This document shows, piece after piece, positions 8,823 to 16,924 of a stretch of 21,142 bases of DNA. A program made the position numbers and the translations under genes. The stretch's first letter is position 1, and every line of letters begins with the position of its first letter. The notes beneath the pieces were generated by a model. The model was not told the DNA's origin. It ran no database searches and saw only the letters and a list, made by a program, of their open reading frames with translations. This DNA comes from Chthonomonadaceae bacterium (GTDB lineage: Bacteria; Armatimonadota; Chthonomonadetes; Chthonomonadales; Chthonomonadaceae): positions 1 through 21,142 of the forward strand of contig DATGIG010000080.1 of assembly GCA_035295825.1 (NCBI GenBank), read 5' to 3'.

Positions 8823-10075
8823 CACAGATGACGGCGCGGCCGGGCGCATTCCGGTTGATTATCCGTGAGGGGGGACAAATTCGTGAGATGGGCGGCGACC
8901 TGACCGAAGCCGTCACCGCTGTAGACTTTATTATGCGCCAGGCGCTGGATCTGGGCGCTTCCGACATCCACCTGCAGCCGGAGCGCAACCGCCTGCTGGT
9001 GCGCTATCGCATCGATGGCGTGCTCCACGATGTGGGCCAGTATAGTCTGGAGATCGTTCCCAACATCACAGCCCGTTTGAAGCTGGCCGCTACGATGCAT
9101 ATCGACGAACGCCGCGAACCGCAGGACGGACGCCTGGATATGGAGTATGGCCCCCGCAAACTCAGCGCGCGTATGTCCTGCCTACCGATGCTGAACGGCG
9201 AGAAGATCGTTATGCGTCTGCTGGACCCGATGGGCGCCAAGGTGGAACTGGACAAGCTGGGGATGCCTAAAGACGTGCTGGATAAATGGCATAATGCCGT
9301 GCAGTCCTCCTACGGCATGGCGCTGGTCACCGGCCCGACCGGAAGCGGCAAGACCTCCACGCTCTACGCCTCCATCAATAAGCTGGATCGCACCAAGCGC
9401 AACATCGTGACGGTCGAGGACCCGGTCGAATACGAGTTCTCCGACCACATCACCCAGGTGCAGGTCACAGAGCGTCTCACCTTCGCCCGTACCATGCGCG
9501 CGTTCCTCCGCCAGGACCCGGACGTGATGCTCGTGGGAGAGATGCGCGACCCGGAGACGCTGGGCATCGGTATTCAGGCCAGCCTGACGGGTCACCTTGT
9601 CCTCAGCACCCTCCACACCAACAACGCCATCGAGACCCTGGGGCGTATGATCGACATGGGCGGCGAACCCTACCTGATCGCCTCCACCATACAGGCGATC
9701 ATGGCGCAGCGCCTGGTCCGCACCATCTGCAGCAAGTGCAAGACGCCCTACAAGCCCAATCCCGACGAACTGCTGGAGGTCGGCCTGCCGGTGGACCTGA
9801 TCGAAAAGCACACCTTCTACAAGGGCGCAGGCTGTACCGAATGCCGCAACACCGGCTACAAGGGACGCCTGGGCCTGTTCGAATGCCTCATCAGCACGCC
9901 GGAACTGCGCGAACTCATTGCACGCCGCGCGCCGATCTCCGACATCACCAACTACGTGCGCAACAAGCAGGGCATGCGGACCATGCTCGAAGACGGCTAT
10001 ACCAAGATCGCCGAGGGGCGCACGACCTGCCACGAGGTCTTTACCGCTGTCTACTCCACCATGTCCGTCGGCTAG
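8819..10075 (+). CDS. GspE/PilB-family secretion ATPase (type II secretion / type IV pilus assembly ATPase), minimal N2+CTD form
   Basis: Walker A GPTGSGKTST, Walker B/Asp box DPDVMLVGEMRD, His box LTGHLVLSTLHTNNA, tetracysteine Zn motif CSKCK...CTECRNTGYKGR, and N2-domain start ASDIHLQPE. The ATG overlaps the SBP stop (ATGA). Confidence 0.85.
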   Translation: MTQMTARPGAFRLIIREGGQIREMGGDLTEAVTAVDFIMRQALDLGASDIHLQPERNRLLVRYRIDGVLHDVGQYSLEIVPNITARLKLAATMHIDERREPQDGRLDMEYGPRKLSARMSCLPMLNGEKIVMRLLDPMGAKVELDKLGMPKDVLDKWHNAVQSSYGMALVTGPTGSGKTSTLYASINKLDRTKRNIVTVEDPVEYEFSDHITQVQVTERLTFARTMRAFLRQDPDVMLVGEMRDPETLGIGIQASLTGHLVLSTLHTNNAIETLGRMIDMGGEPYLIASTIQAIMAQRLVRTICSKCKTPYKPNPDELLEVGLPVDLIEKHTFYKGAGCTECRNTGYKGRLGLFECLISTPELRELIARRAPISDITNYVRNKQGMRTMLEDGYTKIAEGRTTCHEVFTAVYSTMSVG

Positions 10076-10087
10076 CTTTCCTCCTCT

Positions 10088-10122
10088 ATGTCTCCGCTCC
10101 CGGATGCTGGGAGCGGAGACAT
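10088..10122. terminator. 14-bp perfect hairpin (ATGTCTCCGCTCCC-ggatgct-GGGAGCGGAGACAT) between convergent genes; probable bidirectional intrinsic terminator
   Basis: Read from the sequence. Lies 12 nt after the gspE-like stop and about 100 nt after the stop of the minus-strand 1305-aa gene; followed by a T-rich stretch (ctattctaagtt). Confidence 0.5.
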
Positions 10123-10219
10123 CTATTCTAAGTTGTCTAAGGCGCTATAGTCAGGTTCAGAATGCTGTCCCTTCTCCAACCTCTCTTCAAGTCGCTTTTC
10201 ATTAAGTCTCTTCGTTTCT

Positions 10220-13200
10220 TCAAATCTCGTTTAAGTCTTCTGTTGGTTGTATCTCTACTATCGCTAGAGGTTGGTAAGCGGCCACGTTTGGAGATGCTGA
10301 TTCCTCAGAATCACTATCGAAGCGAAAGATTTTTTTTGCATCTCGCCCGGTAGCTTTGTCTCTAATAGATACCATAAGTAGATTGTTGGCATCTATATCG
10401 AATATCACTTCAAGCTGTGGGATACCACGAGGTGCAGGAGGGATTCCTTCCAAATACACTTCACCCAGGAACTTATTTGCTATGGCAATTTCCCGCTCGC
10501 CTTCGTAAATATTTACTGTAACAGAGATTTGGTTGTCTTCGGCAGTTGAGAAGACATCGCTCTTTCTAGTGGGAATACTTGTGTTACGCTCAATGAGCCT
10601 GGTGAATACGCCTCCCTGAGTTTCTATACCGAGGGAGAGAGAAGTTGCATCCAATAACAGATTCTTGAACTCCCCGCTGCCTGTACCTGTCAGAATGCCG
10701 GCCTCAAGGGCTGCACCCAGAGCAACGGCTTCATCGGGGTCAATTCCTCGTTTCGGTTCTTTCCCAAAAAAACGCCCTGCTGCTTCACGTACTAGCGGAA
10801 TCTTTGTGGATAGTCCAACCAGTACCAATTCATCTATATTTTGTATCTTTATTTTGGCATCCTCTATAGCGCGTTGGCAGCACTCCATAGTACGTTCGAC
10901 AAGGTCAGCGGTTAACTGCTCGAAGGTTGCACGGCTTAGGTCTACGTTCAGATGCTTGGCACCTTCTGCGTCTGCGGTGATATAGGGAACAGATATGGTG
11001 ACGATTTCCTGTCCGGAAAGCGCAATCTTGGCCCGTTCTGCGGCTTCCATCAAGCGGACCCGAGCCTCCTTGTCTTGAGATAGGTCAATGCCATTCTGTC
11101 GTTTGAATATTTCAATTATGTGATGCATAATTCGTGTATCGAAGTCCATTCCACCTAATCTGGTATCGCCATTGACTGACAGTATCTCACCGACAAAACC
11201 GCCATCTTCGGTATTCCCGGTATCTAACAACGAAATATCAAATGTACCGCCGCCCAGATCGTATACAGCTACCGTCCGGTCATACATATATCCTGCACTA
11301 TAGGCGAAGGATGCTGCCGTAGGTTCTGCGATTATTCGCAACACCTTCCAACCTGCCTGCTCGGCGGCGCGTTTTGTAGTTGCACTCTGAACACGATTAA
11401 AATAAGCTGGGACAGTGACAACAGCTTCGGAGATGGGACGCTCCAAATAACTTTCCGCATCCTGCTTCAAAAATGCGAAAATGTGAGCGGCTATTTCTTC
11501 GGGAGTGTATAGCCTGTCATAAATTTTGATTTTATCCGAACTCCCTAATAGTCTCTTGATGGCAAATACGGTTCCCTCAGCATTGATCTGGGCTTGCAGC
11601 AAAGCGGAAGCACCTACCGTCACTTCGCCGTCCCTGGTAAAGGCCACAACGGAAGGCGTTAGTTTGATTCCTTCCCGGTTAGGAATGATGATCGGCTTAC
11701 CGTTCCGCACCACGGCAATCAGAGACGACGTTGTGCCGAAGTCGATGCCTACTGCGGAACTGGTATTCCACAGCGAGCGTTCCTCCCAATCAGGATCGGT
11801 GATCTGTTCGACAATGTCTTGGTCAGGTCTTCCTTCTTCCTTTTGGCTTAACATCTTTCGGATTATTTGCTGATGATAGGCAGGAAGGCGTTTCAGAGCG
11901 CGGTCTAATTCTGCGATTGCTCCTAGTTTGTGCAGTGCAATTGCAGCATATCTGGAAATCTTCGTACGGTCGTCTGCAACATAATCTGCATATGATGGAA
12001 TAAGCTGATCGCCTAGACTGCTCGCTATTGCCTCCCATTCGGATAAGAAATCCACAAAAACGAGACTGCGGAAGAGCAGTTTCCGAGCAGAGTTCGAGAT
12101 AGTCAAGTCTCTCCAATAAGAACAGATATCCTTTAACTTCTCCTTTGTAATCAACTGTTGGTAGCGAGGCCAGTATTGAACCTCCATATCCAGCAGGTCC
12201 TGTGCTTCTTTTATTTTAATCTCACGCTCGGAGAGCCATTTCCATATTTCAGTGACGATATACTCATGCACGACCTCATAACGGTAGCCAGCCTCTGTCT
12301 CGATACGCCGTAATAGGTGATGATCTATCAGTTCCGTGAGGATATTTTCGATATATGGTAAACCTTGCCTCAGTGCCGTGGCAATCTCCACCTTGGATAA
12401 CAGGTTCTTTGTTTGACGAATGGTTACCAGAGATTGCAGGATTCTCTTTGCTGTTGCCCGTCGTGTATGGCTGAACTTCTCCAGTACCTGCATCAGATAG
12501 TTGCCAAGGATTTCTCTGGCTCCGCCCATGGCGCGGTAGTGGTCTATAGTGATGATGGTATCCTTCGCATGTTCCTGGTACAACCTGTAACAGACAATCT
12601 GAAGCTGTGCGGGCGCGATGCTTCCGGCGTAGCGTAGCTCTTCCAAGATTTGATCCACCAACCCCTCTTGATATTGGATGCCGAAGGGTTCCAATGGACG
12701 CGTAATTGCCTCTCTTGCTCCCTCCTTCGATAGATTATTTAAACGCTCGACATAGAAATAGGGCTGCCGAAAATGCTTTTTCATGCCTTCCAGTTCAACC
12801 AAAAAATCGTCCCGAAGAGACAAAACGAGATGTAGGTCAATACGTTGTGATTGTAAACACTGTACCAACGCTCTGGTTAGTTCTTGTTGTAGGTTCTCTT
12901 CTAATCGAAATACTTCTTCGAACTGGTCTATGAAGAGAATGACGGTCTTCCCCGTCCGCTGCTGTACACGCAGAAGCAACTTCAGCAGTCGCTCGTCTCC
13001 TCTTTCCTCCACATCGAGCGCACCGCTATATTCCGCTTCCACCGCATCGGCAATATCTTTTTCAATCGCGTTGAGCGGAGCATCCAGGCAACGACTATAG
13101 ATAGGAAAACAGTTCAATTTTGTCAGTGCAGGAATCAAGCCGGCCTTAATGCAGGACGTTTTACCCACTCCGGAACTGCCGACCAGTATCTGCAGGCGAC

Positions 13201-14137
13201 GTGTCAGAATCACCTTGCTCAAGACACTGATTTCCTGTTGCCGACCGAAGAACTGATCGCTCTGATTCGTTTCAAAATAGTCCAGAAAACGATAAGGAGA
13301 ATGGGGACGGTTGGCTATCCTATTTGTACTGATCTTCGGGGTAGTAGCCTCATAGCGTGCGAGTTGTTGCTCCAGAATCTGGAAAAATCGGAAAGGATCT
13401 TCGGAGTGAATTTTGATGTTTTCCAGCTTCCAATCATCCTTATCTTCCGGACGAGCATGAGGCTGCACAGCATATACCCTACGAGGAAACCGAGTTGTTC
13501 CCGATCCGATTTGGCGATAAAGGAATTTCCAATACACATCGTTCAGATCGTAGCCGCAAAAAAGAAGCGTTCGTGTTGCACATAAGTAGCGAATCCATTC
13601 GCACAGATAAGAGCGCTTCTGTGGGAAATCCAGGCAGTCATTCTCTGTCAGAACCAGAGAATCCCGTTGATCCGTGCTACCATACGCCTGGATGAGCGTT
13701 GTTCGCTGGCTATCGACAAAGGTAACCATGTCATCGCGAACCACATAAATCAGCGGTTTCTGTGCGCGGTCATAGGCTTCTTTTAGCCGCATATCAATAC
13801 GCGTGGTGATGATAACTGGAAAGGGAAGACGGGGAATGATAAGATCAAGAGGGTTAGGAACCTTGCTTTGAGCTTCTGTCCAACTGCAGACACGCTCAAT
13901 CAGGCGATGCGTCCCCATTTTTTGCTCATAACGCTTTGCTACAAGGGGAAATTTGCGCTCGATCTCCACTCCCGACATTTCCGAGAGCAGTTCAGCCATC
14001 AATTGCTCTTCAAATGCTCCTTCTCCTGATGGTGCGACACCTGCCCCAACAAAAAGAATACAGTTTCCGCGCGCAAGCTGCTCGATCAGTTCGTGAAGGT
14101 CGAAATCGGAAGATAAGTCATTCGTTTGGCGATTCAT
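10220..14137 (-). CDS. Large tripartite fusion protein (1305 aa): N-terminal SIR2-like domain (SIR2_2 family, catalytic Asn/His replaced), central nSTAND-type P-loop NTPase with winged-helix/helical region, C-terminal Hsp70 (DnaK-like NBD + SBD-beta, no alpha-helical lid)
   Basis: aa 15-260: [14 protein letters not shown]...[13 protein letters not shown]...LIQAYGS, paralogous to the upstream SIR2 gene. aa 275-640: [27 protein letters not shown]...[22 protein letters not shown] (Walker A), [13 protein letters not shown] (Walker B), [30 protein letters not shown] (conserved post-WH motif of nSTAND NTPases). aa 794-1270: [120 protein letters not shown]...[34 protein letters not shown], i.e. a canonical Hsp70 NBD and beta-sandwich. 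The gene ends about 35 aa after the SBD-beta. AT-rich codon usage differs from the flanks. Confidence 0.85.
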   Translation of the reverse strand: MNRQTNDLSSDFDLHELIEQLARGNCILFVGAGVAPSGEGAFEEQLMAELLSEMSGVEIERKFPLVAKRYEQKMGTHRLIERVCSWTEAQSKVPNPLDLIIPRLPFPVIITTRIDMRLKEAYDRAQKPLIYVVRDDMVTFVDSQRTTLIQAYGSTDQRDSLVLTENDCLDFPQKRSYLCEWIRYLCATRTLLFCGYDLNDVYWKFLYRQIGSGTTRFPRRVYAVQPHARPEDKDDWKLENIKIHSEDPFRFFQILEQQLARYEATTPKISTNRIANRPHSPYRFLDYFETNQSDQFFGRQQEISVLSKVILTRRLQILVGSSGVGKTSCIKAGLIPALTKLNCFPIYSRCLDAPLNAIEKDIADAVEAEYSGALDVEERGDERLLKLLLRVQQRTGKTVILFIDQFEEVFRLEENLQQELTRALVQCLQSQRIDLHLVLSLRDDFLVELEGMKKHFRQPYFYVERLNNLSKEGAREAITRPLEPFGIQYQEGLVDQILEELRYAGSIAPAQLQIVCYRLYQEHAKDTIITIDHYRAMGGAREILGNYLMQVLEKFSHTRRATAKRILQSLVTIRQTKNLLSKVEIATALRQGLPYIENILTELIDHHLLRRIETEAGYRYEVVHEYIVTEIWKWLSEREIKIKEAQDLLDMEVQYWPRYQQLITKEKLKDICSYWRDLTISNSARKLLFRSLVFVDFLSEWEAIASSLGDQLIPSYADYVADDRTKISRYAAIALHKLGAIAELDRALKRLPAYHQQIIRKMLSQKEEGRPDQDIVEQITDPDWEERSLWNTSSAVGIDFGTTSSLIAVVRNGKPIIIPNREGIKLTPSVVAFTRDGEVTVGASALLQAQINAEGTVFAIKRLLGSSDKIKIYDRLYTPEEIAAHIFAFLKQDAESYLERPISEAVVTVPAYFNRVQSATTKRAAEQAGWKVLRIIAEPTAASFAYSAGYMYDRTVAVYDLGGGTFDISLLDTGNTEDGGFVGEILSVNGDTRLGGMDFDTRIMHHIIEIFKRQNGIDLSQDKEARVRLMEAAERAKIALSGQEIVTISVPYITADAEGAKHLNVDLSRATFEQLTADLVERTMECCQRAIEDAKIKIQNIDELVLVGLSTKIPLVREAAGRFFGKEPKRGIDPDEAVALGAALEAGILTGTGSGEFKNLLLDATSLSLGIETQGGVFTRLIERNTSIPTRKSDVFSTAEDNQISVTVNIYEGEREIAIANKFLGEVYLEGIPPAPRGIPQLEVIFDIDANNLLMVSIRDKATGRDAKKIFRFDSDSEESASPNVAAYQPLAIVEIQPTEDLNEI

Positions 14138-14275
14138 CGTTGTATTTTCCTGAAGATGCAGAATTTGAAATCCATTCTCCCTGTTCGCTTTCGAATGTAA
14201 TCTCTTGTCTGCAACAGTGTATGATTAACCAGGGAGCTATAATGGAACTATAGCATCCGACGCCTATCCTCTAGC

Positions 14276-15031
14276 TTATAACTGGACTTTTATCGCTTCC
14301 AGAAATGTGTAAGCGTCGGCGTCAAGAACCTGCACGTTCTTCTGTTGCCAGTACTTGATGGCGAAGCGAGAGGGGTTAAGTTGCACCGCATAGGCGCGTC
14401 GGATATGACGTCCAAGATGACGCACAACTTCATGATAAAGGCGTCGAAAATCTTCATCCATTAGCCCGAAGCCAAGAAACAGAACCGTTTGTGTGGCAAA
14501 GTAAGCGCGCACCAAATTGGTTGTTTCAGGCAAGCGGGCAAAAACATCATAATAGTCATCACCCAGGACGACAATTGTATCTTGCTGCTCAATGGAACCA
14601 TGCAATTTGATGAGTAGCCTCTTATTTTGATTGATAAAAGCGACTTCGGTATCACGCACAACGCGGTCGACGGGAATCTGGGCTTGGCGCAAAGCTTCTT
14701 CCAATAGGTTGTCCCAGTTCGTTGTAATGATGCGCTGAAAAGGTAGCTCCGCAATCATGTGATGTGCCGGCAGAGGCTGGATTTGTGGTGTGTTGATCCG
14801 GCTGGTGATGTATTGAAGGAGACTGTGAAGTCCCATTTCGAGGACATAGCCTTGGGCAACCTCTGGCAGAGGCATACAAGTAATATTTCCTAATTGTGCA
14901 CGCTGGGCGAGTTCTGAGGCTAATTGTCCTCCGCTCGGCAATCCTCCTGGTGACAAAGAGATACCTGCTCCGCAAAACAGGACACTATTGTTATTGCGGA
15001 TCTGTTCCAGTAACTCACTCGGTATATTCAT
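14276..15031 (-). CDS. Standalone SIR2-like protein (SIR2_2 / DHS-like NAD-binding family, catalytic Asn and His present); first gene of the SIR2 / SIR2-STAND-Hsp70 operon
   Basis: VLFCGAGISLSPGGLPSGGQLASELA (Rossmann GAG loop), RIITTNWDNLLEEA (conserved TTNxD with catalytic Asn), LIKLHGS (catalytic His), VLFLGFGLMDEDF. Aligns residue-for-residue with aa 15-260 of the downstream fusion protein. A 138-bp gap separates it from the next gene on the same strand. Confidence 0.8.
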   Translation of the reverse strand: MNIPSELLEQIRNNNSVLFCGAGISLSPGGLPSGGQLASELAQRAQLGNITCMPLPEVAQGYVLEMGLHSLLQYITSRINTPQIQPLPAHHMIAELPFQRIITTNWDNLLEEALRQAQIPVDRVVRDTEVAFINQNKRLLIKLHGSIEQQDTIVVLGDDYYDVFARLPETTNLVRAYFATQTVLFLGFGLMDEDFRRLYHEVVRHLGRHIRRAYAVQLNPSRFAIKYWQQKNVQVLDADAYTFLEAIKVQL

Positions 15032-15352
15032 ACGCGATGGTTCATCCTCTATCCATTTGTTATTGCTTTATCATCGAGGTTGGGTTATCCTACTTCAAAC
15101 CGATAGGATTTTGTGCCTCTCTTCAAATTGGACGTGACTATTTCCAGGTCATGTAGCTCCTCGAATACAAGTTCCAACAAGTAATTAGCGATTGTTCGCT
15201 TGTGTTCCTCCTAAAATTGGTAAATTCTCTGTGCCATTTGGTTTTCCGTGAAAGATGCCACTTTGGCATTCTGGTCGCAGTCCGATTGGCCGAAGATCTA
15301 AAAGACGGGGCGTTCACTGCAGGGCTAATTTTGCTCATAGAGCACTAGATTG

Positions 15353-15412
15353 TAATCGTTTTGGAATGAGGTACTATAAAAATAATCGTTTTGGAATAGG
15401 AGTAATCGTTTT
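15353..15412. repeat. Three direct repeats of TAATCGTTTTGGAAT (15353-15367, 15383-15397; third partial copy TAATCGTTTT 15403-15412) immediately upstream of, and abutting, the fic start codon, within the divergent SIR2-operon/fic promoter region
   Basis: Read from the sequence, with 30-bp and 20-bp spacing. TACTATAAAAAT (-10-like) lies between copies 1 and 2. Confidence 0.45.
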
Positions 15413-15415
15413 AGC

Positions 15416-16924
15416 ATGGCTTCCGTCTTTCTTAATGAAGCACGCACTCCGGTCGGGCAAATCGCACTCCACGGGACACTCAATCTCATGATACCGTCCC
15501 CAGTCGTGCAGAGTTTTGTTGTTGCCGGCGCTAGACGCACACGGGAGACGGAGACATACATTGAGGAGTATTATCCCTCGCACTACAATACCGATGGGAC
15601 CTTGATTGAAAATCTCCGGTTCGCTCTGAAACACGAGCCGCTTGACCTACGTGTGGTCTCCGCAGCATTGGAAGCGATAGGGGAGGATGCTCTCACTGCC
15701 TGGGTTCGCACGGAACCTACAGGCGCTTTCAGCCGTCGCGCCTGGTTCTTCTATGAAACCCTGATCGGGCGAACCCTCGATCTCGAAGCCGTAAAAGCGG
15801 GCAACTATGTGGATGCACTGGACGAACGACGTCACTTTGTCGCCGCTCCGATCAATTCCAGCCGGCATCGGGTCCGCGATAATCTGCTTGGCACACGTGA
15901 TCTGTGTCCTGTCGTGCGACGCACTCCAAAGTTGGAGGCAATGATCGCTGCGCACCTGGATGCGGAAGCACGGGCAATGGCAGCGCACTACTCCCCGGAG
16001 ACCCTGGCTCGCGCGGTGAACTTTCTCTACACTAAGGAGACGCGCTCCTCTTTTGCCATAGAAGGGGAAGCGCCCAGTCGGAATAGGGAGGAAAGGTTTC
16101 TTCAGGCGCTACAAGCTGTATCCACTTTCGATCCTGCCGACAAAAACGCCCTGATTCGTTTGCAGGGTAGTATTGTAGACCCTCGCTATGCAGCTCACGG
16201 TTGGCGCGACTTTCAGAACTTCGTCGGTGAGACCACACGGCGCTTTGGAGAGTATGTGCATTTTATCTGCCCGCGCCCGGAAGATATATCGTCTCTGATG
16301 GAGGGTTGGATGGCACTAACGGAACGCCTCCTGATAAGCCCCCTCGATCCGGTAATCGCGGCAGCGGTCAGCGCCTTTGCATTCGTCTTCCTACATCCGT
16401 TCGAGGATGGCAATGGGCGCATTCATCGCTTCCTGATCCACTATATACTCTCCAAACGAGGCTTTAGTCCGCCCGGAGTGATCTTTCCTGTGAGTGCGGC
16501 CATCCTGCGTCAACGCCATCTGTACGATAAGACCCTGGAAGCGTTCTCAAAGCCTATTATGGCCGCTATCGAATGGGACTTCGTGGAAGAGAATGCCCTT
16601 CAAGTACAGAACGACACATGTAACCTTTATCGCTTCTTCGATGCCACCCCGCAGGCGGAATATCTTTATGAGAGGGTTGCAGAGACCATTCGCGTGGATT
16701 TCAAAGAGGAGTTGGACTTCCTGGAAGTCTACGATGCGGCGTTTACAGCGGTGCGTGAGATCGTAGATATGCCGGACCGGCGTGCTTCGCTTCTCGTGCG
16801 CCTCTGCCTGCAAAATGGCGGGCGGCTTTCGCAAAACAAACGTAAGCAATTTGTAGAACTGACGGACGAAGAGATAAACCAGATAGAGGCAGCGATCCTA
16901 CGGGTACTGCGACAAGAGTTGTAA
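15416..16924 (+). CDS. Fic-family protein (AMPylase-type, Fic motif HPFEDGNGRIHR) with an N-terminal auto-inhibitory helix motif SFAIEG
   Basis: FVFLHPFEDGNGRIHRFLIHYIL matches HPFx(D/E)GNGR. TRSSFAIEGEAPS upstream matches the (S/T)xxxE(G/N) inhibitory motif of class II Fic proteins. ATG 15416 with AGGAG 13 nt upstream. Confidence 0.85.
   Translation: MASVFLNEARTPVGQIALHGTLNLMIPSPVVQSFVVAGARRTRETETYIEEYYPSHYNTDGTLIENLRFALKHEPLDLRVVSAALEAIGEDALTAWVRTEPTGAFSRRAWFFYETLIGRTLDLEAVKAGNYVDALDERRHFVAAPINSSRHRVRDNLLGTRDLCPVVRRTPKLEAMIAAHLDAEARAMAAHYSPETLARAVNFLYTKETRSSFAIEGEAPSRNREERFLQALQAVSTFDPADKNALIRLQGSIVDPRYAAHGWRDFQNFVGETTRRFGEYVHFICPRPEDISSLMEGWMALTERLLISPLDPVIAAAVSAFAFVFLHPFEDGNGRIHRFLIHYILSKRGFSPPGVIFPVSAAILRQRHLYDKTLEAFSKPIMAAIEWDFVEENALQVQNDTCNLYRFFDATPQAEYLYERVAETIRVDFKEELDFLEVYDAAFTAVREIVDMPDRRASLLVRLCLQNGGRLSQNKRKQFVELTDEEINQIEAAILRVLRQEL

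Noticed and set aside
7725-10075. Reading the GspE-like gene as the missing ABC ATPase of the sugar transporter
   Set aside because: The sequence has GspE/PilB hallmarks (His box, tetracysteine motif, N2 domain) and lacks the ABC signature LSGGQ, Q-loop and H-loop. It is not an ABC nucleotide-binding protein.
15138-15338. 66-aa basic ORF on the minus strand inside the SIR2/fic divergent intergenic region
   Set aside because: No RBS, no recognisable fold or HTH motif, and lysine/arginine-rich composition typical of chance ORFs in AT-rich DNA. It cannot be excluded as a small regulator, but it is unsupported.
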